From: Octopus vulgaris
Lineage: Eukaryota
Direction of reading: 5' to 3'
Length of the DNA stretch: 64,000 nucleotides
NCBI GenBank assembly: GCA_951406725.2
Contig: OX597827.1
Span: forward strand, 69,440,001-69,504,000
Position numbers and translations under genes: made by a program. Shown one piece after another: positions 50,707 to 64,000 of the stretch. The stretch's first letter is position 1. Every line of letters starts with the position of its first letter. Under the pieces are notes generated by a model. That model made no database searches, was not told where the DNA came from, and worked only from the letters and a program-made list of their open reading frames with translations.

Positions 50707-52573
50707 CAGGCTTCCACACAGTTTCCACCTAACAGATCCACTCACAAAGCATTAGTCAGTCTGGAACATCAGCAGAAAACACTTGCCCAAGGTGCCAGGC
50801 AGTGGGACTGAACATGGAACCATGTGGTTGGGAAGTTAACTTCTAACTTCTTACCACCCAGCCATGCCTGCACCTATAAATGTGTATCATATTCTGATTG
50901 AATCTTCCATGTGTTGACATGTACCTCCTTAAGAAAATGTAAACTTGCATTTAATCAAGATATCATTGACTTGAAGAGTGCCCTGCGGTATACACCTCAC
51001 TCGGATATTTATCACTTCTGAGATTCCACTCACTATGAAACATATGTAGCCTAGATCTTATCTACTCCATATCTTTACTCTTGTATTATATATATATATA
51101 CACATATATAGGCATAGGAGTGGCTGTGTGGTAAGTAGCTTGCTTACGAACCACATGATTCCGGGTTCAGTCCCACTGCGTGGCACCTTGGGCAAGTGTC
51201 TTCTACTATAGTCTTGGGCCGACCAAAGCCTTGTGAGTGGATTTGGTAGACAGAAACTGAAAGGCTGCGGCAAGTTGACAGAATCATTAGCACGCCGGGC
51301 GAAATGCTTAGCGGTATTTCGTCTGCTGCTACGTTCTGAGTTCAAATTCCACCGAGGTCGACTTTGCCTTTCATCCTTTCGGGGTCGATTAAATAAGTAC
51401 CAGTTATGCACTGGGGTCGATATAATCGACTTAATCCGTTTGTTTGTCCCCTCTGTGTGTAGCCTCTTGTGGGCAGTAAAGAAATAAGAAACTGAAAGAA
51501 GCCCGTCATATATGTGTGTCTGTGTTTGTCGCCCCAACATCGCTTGACAACCGATGCTGGTGTGTTTACGTCCCCGTAACTTAGCGGTTCGGCAAAAGAG
51601 ACCGATAGGGTAAGTACTAGGCTTACGAAGAATAAGTCCTGGGGTCGATTTGCTTGACTAGAGGCGGTGCTCCAGCATGGCCACAGTCAAATGACTGAAA
51701 CTAGTAAAAGAGTAAAAAGAGTATATGTGTGTGTGCATGTGTCTATGTATACCCATGTGTGTAGGGGTGCATGTGTGTCTGTATCTAAAAGGTGTGTCAA
51801 TGGAAAAGAGGAGGAAAGAAAAAAACGGAAGAAGAAATAATTGTGTTGACATCTATACAGCTGCTCAGTTCTTCCAATCCAATGTTTGATTCCTGTTTCC
51901 ATTTCCAAAAGCCAAGAATCACTTCCTGACCAGCTGCAAAGATGTCAACACACATATTTTTCTCTTTTCCATTGACACCTCTTTCAGATACAAAAGCACA
52001 CACACACACACACACTCTCTCTCTCTCTCTCTCTCTCACAAGACAATGATAAAAAGAAATCCAGACAATTTTTTTCAAAATTACATTTCCCTCCTTGGAG
52101 TGGCCACCTGGATTTGCCATTTCTAAAAGCTAAGGACCACTTCCTTATTGAAAGAACTGACCAGCTGCAAAGATGTCAACACATATTTTTCTCTTCTTTC
52201 TCTCTTCCTTCTTCCTTTCCTTCTCTTTTCCATTGACACCTCTTTCAGATACAAAAGCGTGCGCGCGCACACACACACACACTCTCTCTCTCTCACTTTC
52301 CCCCATTCCTCACCCTCTTGTACTATCTTATATATCTCTCCACCTCTACACACTCAATAATACTAGAAAAAGAGACAAATTTCCTGAAAAAGTTCAATCT
52401 GAAGACTCCACTAGAGTGGACGCAAGCGCTAATATATGATTTATAAAAACATGTAGCATATTAATAAATATCTGTAAATATAAAACCATCCAAATTTCTG
52501 AGTACCTTATTTCTTCTAATATATAATACCTGTACATCATCTCCAAACCTTCTGATATATATATACACATACT

Positions 52574-52623
<50 letters not shown>

Positions 52624-54248
52624 TGTGTGTGATAGTATGTATACATTTATTTATATATAAACGAATTATATGTGTATATGTATACACGTTTGTATGTGTC
52701 TATACGTGTGTGCGCGCGGGGGAGAAGTATTCTTTTTAGTGAGAAGCCATGCAGGTGTATATAAATGTTATGCAATAATACCCAACCAATAACACGATTA
52801 ACCGAATTCTGTACCTAACTAAATTCATTAACTTCTGGATCCGGGACGATCTGATAACCAACAATGAGGACAATACGAATCAGTGGTGCGTGTTTTTATG
52901 TATAGCTGTGTGTCGTCAACTTGCACCTGTAATTGAAAACATCACACACACACGTACACGTACACGTCTAATTTGAACCCCACCCGCTACCAATCTTACG
53001 TGATTGTTGATTTGTTTTACCCCAGGTCATCCGTAATCGAGTAGTCTAATACCAAAGGCATGCTAGCCGTGTCCACCCTGTCATTTCTGGATGAACAGGG
53101 AACCCCCAAACTACGTTATCCAACGAGTCTTATTCATTTATTATTATTTTTAAGACAGAGTATTATTTGAGGGAGATTTGGTCGCTATTATTTTTAAAAC
53201 TGGTCGAGTGATAACGTAGAGAAGCCCAGATCGTCAGCTTGATAACACGATAGTTGTGTAAATAAATGTATGTGTTTAGACTATATATCAATACATATGT
53301 ACACGGAATAAAACATCTGTTTGATTGTGACATACATATTATTGAGAAATTAAAGCGACGAAAGTACAAAAGAGAAAGAAAGCTTTGCACCCCCAAAATG
53401 TGACACTTGTTAACATAGTGAATGAGGGTCACATCTTCGATGATAGCATGTCATGTTAAAAGGTTACAAGCACACACACACACACACATATATATACGCT
53501 TATATATATATATATATATATAGTCTTCCTAGTTATAGACAAAACCTAAAATGTCCATGGTCTCTAGTACTCGACCGTTACTTTATTCTATCGACCCCGG
53601 ATAATATTTAAAAGGCAAAGTCGCTTTCGGCGGCATTTGAACCCGGAATCTATCTATCTATATATATATTTCACACCGAAATAGCGGCGTCCTTTGGCGC
53701 AAAGAGCTGTTATGTGGTTAGAAATAGCAGCCAAATCTTTCCTTTTCTGGGGAAAGGAGCCGTTTCCGCATGATGTTAATGTTATATTAGTTGAAAGTAC
53801 GCGAAATAACCCGGAAAAGAAAAACAAAAACTCGCGAAACAAACTCCGTAGGTGAGAAACTCCGAGGCCCGAACTACCCTTCCTCTTTTCTTTTCCGGGA
53901 AAAAAAGTGGCTCGCGTCAGGTTTGGAGGTCAGATACGTTGAATGCACCCGAAAAGAAAAAAACCGTGGGAAAAAATTATTTCACACCGAAGTACGAACG
54001 GGTCCTTTATGAAATACTTATCGAGAGAAAGAGAGAACCGTCTTAAGGTGTGGGCACAAGCGGCTGGTGACTTCTCAATAAATAAATCTTATAGGATTCA
54101 GTGCATTGATTTATACGGGGCCCTAAAATGCTTCTAAGATGGTTCTCTGTGTATATATATACACGGGGACACACAATCTTATTCTATTTATGGGAGGCTT
54201 TTATCCCCCACATAAGTATTTACTTTCTCATTGGTGATGCTTTTCCCT

Positions 54249-54311
<63 letters not shown>

Positions 54312-54677
54312 AAGGAGCTTCTACAGGACTAGAACTGTTTCATTCAGATGAGTACCTTATTTACTGTGGTTAACCCCGACTCAACCCGGGACCTACATAT
54401 ATATATATATTGATAAAAACGGTAAGACAACAAAAGAAAGAAAGGGACCTCGATATTGTGTAAATAGAGGAATATATATATATATATACATACATACACG
54501 CAGAAATGCAGTTCTTTTTTCCTAAATAAATGCCACTTCGTATTCGAGGTTCCGACGAAGTTTACAAGGAGTTACGCAGGCACTCAACTATGATTCCACA
54601 ACATTGCAGAGAAACAGCCGAAAGCCAATGAAGTTCACATAAGACAACCCGTTTATTCCTTTGCCATTTCATTTTCT

Positions 54678-54753
<76 letters not shown>

Positions 54754-54872
54754 AGGAAATATTTCGAAAGTTTAAACTATTTTATATATAAATAAACAAC
54801 AAAAAGACTAGGAATACCTTTGTTTTTGCTGGTTTGTTTTAGTGGAGAGAATAATGAATAAAGTAAGCTTAC

Positions 54873-55100
54873 CTTTCAGTTGTTCCTAGACATAATCTGG
54901 ATTAACCTGTTAATCTCTCACGGCTGGCTGCTTTCTGATGCTTCTTCTTTCAAATTCGCTGATATTTTTCTTGGTCGCTCGTCGGTTCATCTCCACCCCC
55001 TCCTCACTGTCTCACTCTCTAAGCTTATACTAACGGTGTCAGCGGATATATATTCCCGGCTTGATATTAGTTCCAAGCCTAATGAGACACGCCTACACAA
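54873..55100 (-). promoter_or_regulatory. Probable non-coding first exon / TSS region of MFSD13A
   Basis: Strong minus-strand donor AAG|GTAAGC at 54873/54872 in unique, relatively CpG-rich sequence upstream of the gene. The 5' limit is a guess. Confidence 0.4.
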
Positions 55101-56161
55101 TCGTGCCCTCCGGTTACATCCACAGAGTTTTTTGTTTTTTTTATATAAATGACGATTATACTCTCTCTCTCTCTTTTACTCTTTTTCCTTGTTTCAGTCA
55201 TTTGACTGTGGCCATGCTGGAGCACCGCCTTTAGTCGAGCAAATCGACCCCCCCCCCCCAGGACTTATTCTTTGTAATAAGTTTTCTTTTGCCGAACCGC
55301 TAAGCAAGCTACTTACCACACAGCCGCTCCTACGCCTATTATATTAAAATTTGTTGTGAAAAAAAAAAATTAGAATTAGGGGTGAAATGGGAGAAGAGTT
55401 TCGATTACTTCACACGAGTTGCATTCGTTTCTTCATAACTTTCAGAAAAATGAGAATTTTTTTAAAGAAAATTTTCTATGCAAAAGGATGTTAATTACGA
55501 TTGTAGGAATCTAAGAAATAGCTTACAAACCACAGAATTTTCTCAAGAAAGCCAAGAGAAAAAGATGTTTTATGTAACACATTCTACCAGTATACGAAGT
55601 TTAAAAGTGTTTAGTTACAAAGAAATTATTTTAAAAATCTGCCGGTCAAAGTGAAAAGATCCCTGTTGTGAAAAAAAAAATGTTGGGCGTGTACTGACAC
55701 ACGTTGAAACTTCAAAGTTTTAAAAAATCGTGACATGTCCGTATGCATTCTTTTTCACATTCAATCCCGATAACGCCCATCCGAAAGATATTTGTAGAAA
55801 TTTTCATTGAAAAATATCCATTTTTCTGAAAATTATGCTGAAACAAATTAAGTGGGGCACGTTTGTGTAGGTATGCCCCAATAGCAACTAGTTTGTGACA
55901 GAACACCTCTTTGCTTTATTCTTTCACCGGTTTCATGATTTAAATTGTGGCTTGCTTAAAGCATCTTAGGCGAATGTTTCCGTCGATTAATATCGACCGT
56001 TGACGATAGCAAATTGACAGAAACTTCTGGGTGTCCTTGGAATATTTGTTCAGGTTGTTTGCAATCTGATTGATTTCTCATTCCGCTGAGGTTTTAACTT
56101 TATTACTTCTCATCCTCTCGTGATTGATGAGTAAAGTACCTGACAAATATTGACGTTGATA

Positions 56162-56897
<736 letters not shown>

Positions 56898-57255
56898 ATT
56901 CCTTCCTTCCTTCCTCTCGCTGTGTTTGTAGTTTGGCTGCGTTGCCCCATGGGAGAGGAGTTGCAGAAGACCACTCCACATCGGTTCTTCCCCCAGAAGT
57001 GGATAATGGTTGAGCGAGAAGTCAAAAATTCTCCTCGCGCAGAAAAACTGATACGCGACTGAAACCGCTCAAAACACAGCATAGTAACGACAATAAACGT
57101 TTCTAGCACTTCTGATGGAAGGGTTATGGTCAGTTACATTAACCCCAGAACTTAACCGGTACTTTATTTTATTGAGAAGCGGAGCCAAAAGAAAATATCA
57201 TACAGTGTTTGCTCGATGCTCTAACGATTTTGTCAGCTGGTGTTACATTAATAAC

Positions 57256-57860
57256 ACTGTGTAACAAAATTTTAGTTTTCATTTTTTTTGTCTTTGGTCA
57301 GTAAGTATTGCCTCCGATTTGTTTCTATCTGGAAATCAAAAGAAATGACTACTATTCCCTTCAAACTTTGCTTTTGTAACCTGGATATCAATGTTTTGAA
57401 ACTGACTTATTTTCCATTACATTTCAGACGCAGTGCTGAGTTGCTGAAGCAGAAATATCGTTATAGCGAATATTGTGCTCAATACCGCAGACTTCCTTAC
57501 CTTAATCACTTGAGCATGTCTCTTAGTGGTTGACAATATATGCATCTCTGATCATGAGCAGGAGTGGTGGGGAAGCATCGTAACAATGTATTGAGAGGGA
57601 TTCTTTGGGGTTTGAATAAATGTAACAAAAGCGAAATTTGAAGGAAATATTAGCCAATTTTCAAACTTTTCAGGAGCAATTACAAAAATCGTGTTACACA
57701 ATGAATAGGAGTAGTGGGGGAACATCATAGCCATATGTTGAGAGGAATTCTTTGGGGTTTGAATAAATGTAACAAAAGCAAAATTTGAAGGAAATATTAG
57801 CCAATTTTCCTACTTTTTAGAAATAACTAGCTTCCCAAGGACAAAAATTGTGTTACACTG
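57256..57860. mobile_element. MITE-like element with internal tandem duplication of about 135 bp
   Basis: TIR-like GTGTAACAAAATTT...AAATTGTGTTACAC; 57560-57670 is repeated at 57705-57810. Confidence 0.5.
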
Positions 57861-59542
57861 TAATTTATTCTACAATATAGGAACAAGGCCTGAAATTTTG
57901 TGAGAGAGGGTTAGCTGATTACATCGACCCCAGAGCTCGACTTCGAACGGATGAAAGATAAAGTCGACCGCGGCAGAATTTGAACTCAGATCGTAAAGAC
58001 GAGCGAAATGCCGCTAAGCATTTTGTCCGGCGCGCTAACGTTTCTTAGTTCTTTACTGCCCACAAGGGGTTAGCCACAGAGGGGACAAACAAGGATAGAC
58101 AAACAGATTAAGTCGATTATATTATTTAATCGATTATTTAAGGATGAAAGGCAAAGTCGACCTCGGCGGAATTTGAACTCAGAACGTAATGGCAGACGAA
58201 ATACCGCTCAGCATTTCTCCCGGCGTGCTAACGTTTCTGCCAGCTCGCCGCCTTAATAATAATGGTTTCTAATTTAGATACAAGGCCAACAGTTTCGTGG
58301 GTATACTACCGCCTCCAGTTCTCAACAAGTACTTTAATTTATCGACCTCGGAGAACGAAAGGCGAAGCTAAACATAGCAGGATTTGAACAAAGGACGAAT
58401 AGATTCAGAAGAAATGTCGTGAAGTGTTATTTTTCTTTTAGTTTGTTTGTTTTTCCGACGATCTAACGATTCTGCCAACCTTTCAATCCAAATTGTTTAA
58501 AAATAATTTAAGCACAAGGTCGGCAGTTTGGGAGTGGGTTAGTTAATTGCGTCGATCTCATTATTTGACTGCTATTTTATTTTACCCATTCTGAAAGGAT
58601 GAAAAGCAAAGTTGACCTCGGCGGAATTTGAAGTCAAAATGTTAAGAGCTTGGAACAAATACCGCTAAACATTTTTTTTCCCGATGCTCTAACGATTCTT
58701 ACAAAACAGTTTTTAATTTAGGTACGAGGTTAAAAATTCTGGGAGGAAGAGTGGTTGGTCGGTACCATCGACCCTCAAAGAATGAAAGACAAAGTTAACC
58801 TCGACAGAATTTTACGGAACAGTATTAATTATTTGTAATTTAGGTACAAGCTCGGAAAATCTGAGAGGATGCGTTTAGTCGACTTTATTGACTCCAGTAC
58901 TCAACTAGTACTTTATTTTATCGACCCTGCAGAGAATTGCCCTCAGCAGGATTTGAACTAGTAATGGGATTGCTATAATCGACCATACCCCTCCCCTCAA
59001 AAGTGCCGCCCTTGTGCTTACAATGTGAACAGCCAAAAGGAAATGCCTTCGGCGTGCCAATCATTCAGTCCCATTCACACTTAGCTGCTATTTTTAGCAT
59101 GTCAAGCAACCACGTTGAAGCCGTCCTTAGAGGAGGGAGTTGTGGTGGGAGATAGTCCTGAGAATGGTAGTAGCGAATTTTTAAATGCGATCGTCTGCAG
59201 GGATGAAATGTGGAGGGGGGGATATCTGAGCTGCAATTTATAAACATTACTCTTTACTCTTTCACTTGTTTCAGTCATTTGACTGTGGCCATGCTGGAGC
59301 ACCGCCTTTAGTCGAGCAAATCGACCCCAGGACTTATTCTTTTTGTAAGCCTAGTACTTATTCTATCGGTCTCCTTTTGCTGAACCGCTAAGTTATGGGG
59401 ACGTAAACACACCAGCATCGGTTGTCAAGCGATGCTGCTGCCATTTCACACTTAGGGCTATTTCTAGCAACCTTGTGTGGCATCCATTTAGCCCGTGTTT
59501 CACTGCTGTACTATAGCACTGATTTCACAGTTGCATTGAACA

Positions 59543-60186
59543 TGTAGTGGATCTTGCATGCATGAAGTGGATTTGATCCACCATAGCCAAATTTAAAATT
59601 AATACTGCAACAGAACTTTTCCCACGGTGGAACAATGGTTTTTCTGTGACAGCAGTTTGATATTCGCCAGATTGCCTTCAGCTAGGTCGAAATAATGTCT
59701 TCACCACTTGACCCTTTCTAACCTCTTCTACTTCACCAAAAGCTAGAATAGAGATAACAAGACCACCAACTAAATCTATTGTTCTCAATGATATATCTGT
59801 CCTTCTGGATAGTTATAAAAGCAAGAACACCCCAAGCAAAAATCAGTTGGTGACGACTCAATGAATTCAGTCACATGGTGATGACTCAATGAGAATGAAG
59901 TCTGGCTGGCCAGCTAGAACCTTGGTCAAGGGGAGAAATGAAGTTTTCTGTCAGCAACTATGAGACAACACCCTACAACTCTCACTAGCTCTAATTCTGT
60001 TCTCTCACAACATCATTCTATCTCTCTCTGTATTTACTACTAAACAATGAAGAGGACACAAACACAAACTTTGCTTTGCATGCTTTTGAATTTATAACCT
60101 GCCTGTCAAGGCAAGGTATTTGTAACGTAACAGTAAATAAATACTTTCTTAAAACTTTATGCATTGTTTATCTTTCACATCCTACA
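59543..60186 (+). mobile_element. Possible degraded solo LTR
   Basis: TGTAG...CTACA termini and an AGTAAATAAATA poly(A)-like region near the end; no matching TSD. Confidence 0.35.
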
Positions 60187-60683
60187 GTAAGCAATTATAA
60201 CAACAAATTTTTATCATTACAACGGCTGACTCCAACATTTCATTATTTTCTATAATTGGTGGGCTATTAGTAGTATAAAATATTTGAAGTAAATAAAACT
60301 GATTTGATATTTTTTTAATGTTAAATATACTATCAACACATCTAGTAAGCATTTCTTTCACAGTTACCAGTTATTAGATCAACCACTTCGTATGATGCAC
60401 TCAGCTGAAGGATATATCAAGGACTGCTTTGTCTTCTGACATGAGATGGCATTTAAAGTAGAGGAGATATACATGAACAAAGAACATTTAGCTTTATTGC
60501 ATTAGCATATTAGGACTATAATCTGATAGAACTACTACTAAACTACCACTTGACAAAACTGCCTACAGTGTTTCCAAATTTTGACTTTTGCATTTTTTAT
60601 GAAGAGCTTTATGACAATTTGAACAATGTGTGTGTGCATGCACACATGATGTATACATACACATATATATATATATACACACT

Positions 60684-60912
60684 AAGGCGGCGAGCTGGTA
60701 GAAACGTTAGCACGCCGGGCGAAATTCGTAGCCGTATTTCGTCTGTCGTTACGTTCTGAGTTCAAATTCCGCCGAGGTCGACTTTGCCTTTCATCCTTTC
60801 GGGGTCGATAAATTAAGTACCAGTTACGCACTGGGGTCGATGTAGTCGACTTAATCCCTTTGTCTGTCCTTGTTTGTCCCCTCTGTGTTTAGCCCCTTGT
60901 GGGTAGTAAATA
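60684..60912 (+). mobile_element. SINE family B (full length)
   Basis: Same as 22801-23035, 28885-29117(-), 38330-38560(-), 46178-46630, 51264-51487, 58045-58253(-). Confidence 0.85.
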
Positions 60913-62524
60913 AATATATATATATATGCACACATGTATATATGTCAGGTCAAATTCGAGTGCTACTGGTAACATGTAACCCAGTATAACCTGTTGCATG
61001 GTCGGGTCATCGGCGACTAAACCGGCAACCCCACCAAGCTTGCTTGGTGAGGAGGGTGTTTATTGGACACCCTGCGGCATGAAAAACAAAACCCGTCAAA
61101 GGGCGGAAGAACTCTTGAGAGTCAACGGCCATCCAATAAATGTCTTAAGGCTGTATCATGCGCGGGGACATAGAAATAATCGGACTGAATACCCGATCAC
61201 ACGGTTAAACCATTGGGAGTGAAGGACTCCTAGCCTTTGTTAGGGCATCCTTCAAGGAGAAGGTAACTCAGGTAACTGGGATAACTCCGACATAAAACCT
61301 GCGGTTCAGTGGTTACCGATGATGTTGACTTGTTCTTCTTTTCGGATTATGGCTGCTGTTGCTTAGTGAGTGGGATTGACTCAGTGCACAGCGTTTCCTC
61401 ACTTTAAAAAAAATCTTTTTGCACAGGCATTGCACGATAACAAAATTGATTAAGCTTCGTGCAGTGGTCATACTCGATAACGAGGGGGCAGCCACCATAT
61501 ATACACATACATAATATTGTGTACCTATTCATATTTATCGTTACAAACAGCTTGATTCTGATTTTGACTTTTTTTCTAATTCACATAAGCCATATGTCTA
61601 AAGCTACAAGTTTCGATCTATGCTATTGTCCTGATAATATAAAGAGCATTCAAACTGGCCATATCCAGTTCAAATATTCTACTTGTTTTTCTGTTTAAAC
61701 TGACACCAACCCTGCTGTGTAATTCTAAAAATTAACAGTCACATCATTGAAATCTTGAAGCTGAGAGATAATGCTTGTTTAATTCAAAGCAATTTGATTC
61801 AATAAACGTTATATTTGACAGAGTAATCTAAATGCCAAAAAGGGTTAAACCAACAAGAAAATGATAAATGAGAAACTTAAACAATGAATGAATCAATACA
61901 ATATGTTAGGCAAGTTTATTTTAATGATTAGCTCTAAACACCCACATAAAGAAACAAACACACACACACAAAGAAAAACACAATATGCTTCACTTAATTA
62001 CAAGCTTTGTTGATGTCACTACTGATTGACTAATTATAGGCGTAGGAGTGGCTTACAAACCACATGGTTCTGGGTTCAGTCCCACTGTGAGGCACCTTGG
62101 GCAAGTGTCTTCTGCTATAGCCTCGGGCTGACCAAAACCTTGTGAGTGGAAGTAGATTGACAAAATTATTTTTTTAACCTGTTGAAGACACACAAGATGT
62201 CAAAATACCACCGTTCACTAGATAACAATGGCACTCTTCTTTTAATTCTGACTCTATATCTTCTGGAGAAGTTACCTCAATCCTTTATATATTATTTTCC
62301 ACGAGTAACCTTTCAAAGCGTCTCCCCCATTGGGAGTTTTTTACTTGTTATATTTTCATTTTTATCTTGCATTTTTACACGGACAAAACCCTTTTTGTAA
62401 CTTTCGTCCTGTATTTTGTCCCTACATGTTTTATCTAATTTTTGTTAGCCCTTGTGGCCAATAAACGAATTTATTATTATTATAATCATCATCATCATCA
62501 TCATTATTATTATTTAGATTTGGT

Positions 62525-63205
62525 TCAGGTTCAGTTTTATTCCTGTTAGGACTTATGTGGATAGTGGGTTACTACTTGTATAACCTTAGGTACCCAAAAG
62601 TTTTTGGCAGTCTGTCAAGTGTTTAGGGTTAGGGTTCAGAACCCTCCTGATAATCCTTGCTGTCCCTAAGAGACAAACTTTCTGTATGAGCTCTACCAGG
62701 CATTCTATATCAATCTCCTTCAGCTATTTGTCTACATCTTGGCTTACTGTTCCCAAGGCACCAATTATTATTGGCATGACCTTTACTGTTTACATGCTCC
62801 AAATTCTTCCTATTTTAAACTTTAAGAGTTTGTGTTTTTTTTTATTTGTTTTTCTTCCTCATTCTTTATGACCCTGGAATCAAACGGGCCGACAAGCAAG
62901 CCACTTCGCTTTTCCTTACCTACAATTGTTATATCTGGTCTATTATTTTCTAATTTCTTGTCTGTTTGAATAGGAAAGTCCCACAAAATCTTACATTCCT
63001 GACATCAGTACTCTTTCAACTTGGTGATTGTACCATGTGTTTCCAGCTTCAAATACCCGTTTCTGGCACAGTTTCCAGTGTATAACTTTTACAATCTGTT
63101 CATGCCTCCATTTCTTATATTCTTCCTGTGCCAACTTGGGGCATTCTGCCATGCGTGCCACTGCCTCAATCTAAGTTCCACAGGTACTATGTTTTTCTGA
63201 CACAT
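62525..63205 (-). mobile_element. R4/Dong-type (restriction-like endonuclease) LINE C-terminal fragment
   Basis: Minus frames HEQIVKVIHWKLC...WY.H...KILWDFPIQTDK..NNRPDI...PIIIGALG...LLGTARIIRRVL, disrupted. Confidence 0.85.
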
Positions 63206-64000
63206 TCATCATCATCATCGTTTAATGTTTGCTTTCCATGCTAGCATGGGTTGGACGATTTTGACTGAGGAATGGTGAACCAGATGGCTGCACCGGGCTC
63301 CAATCTTGATTTGGCAGAGTTTCTACAGCTAGATGCCCTTCCTAACGTCAACCACTCCGAGAGTGTAGTGGGTGCTTTTTACGTGCCACCGGCACATAAA
63401 AATATTTCTTATTATTATCTTCTCATCTTATTTATATTATCATCTCATCTCAAAGGTCCAGCATCTCACTCTTTTGTTGCCTAATTTTTGTTAAATTACT
63501 CTGCTTTTATTTCAATTAATCTTGACAATAACGAAGGATCTATTTAAGAAGCTTTGTTGTTTGTTAACTGAAGTTTGCAACATGAAAGTTTGATCAAAAG
63601 TTTTAATTAAGACTAGCAGAGATAAGACTTGCTCGGGATTAAAATGGCATAGTTTTTTTTTTTTTAATTCTTTTACTTGTTTCATTGCTCAACATAGGGT
63701 GGGCTTTACTGGTCATTGTTTTTGCAGTGATGTTATATTTCATCATATTCTTTTACTTGTTTCAGTCCTTTGACTGCTGCCATGAAGGGTTTTAGTTGAA
63801 CAAATTGACCTCAGGTTTATTTTTTTCAAAGCCTAGTACTTATTCAATTGGTCTCTTTCACCGAAATGCTAACTTACAGGGATGTAAACACACCAATACT
63901 GGTTGTTAAGCAGTGATGAAAGGACAAACACACATATATCTGACGGGCTTCATTCTACCAAATCCACTCACAAGGCTTTGGTTGGCCCGAGGTTATAGTA

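Noticed and set aside
56900-57110. Possible U3 snoRNA (GAGCGAGAAG box-B-like)
   Set aside because: No box A/A', C or D context.

Overview
Eukaryotic, AT-rich, microsatellite- and SINE-dense DNA. The repeat content points to a coleoid cephalopod (Octopus-like); this is an inference. There are two convergent protein-coding genes. (1) On +, the 3' part of a single-pass membrane protein with a Cys-rich Ly6/uPAR (three-finger)-like ectodomain and endosomal sorting motifs (exons 3550-3713 and 8038-8472). (2) On -, a complete six-coding-exon MFSD13A/TMEM180 orthologue (42712 to 27410, about 559 aa) with probable non-coding 5' exons up to about 55 kb. Nearly all other listed ORFs are repeat artefacts. 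The rest is several SINE families, CR1/RTE/R4-type LINE fragments, non-autonomous Helitrons, piggyBac/Tc1/hAT-like MITEs and many foldback remnants. The most interesting hidden layer is self-cleaving-ribozyme-like sequence. Several Penelope-type foldback remnants carry minimal type-I hammerhead folds, including one family with a compensatory G3-C8 core swap (1310-1360, 26128-26178). A 107-bp tandem array (604-976) folds on the minus strand like a degenerate HDV/CPEB3-type double pseudoknot and appears to be the 5' head of a dispersed short retroelement. All folds were read by eye and are untested.
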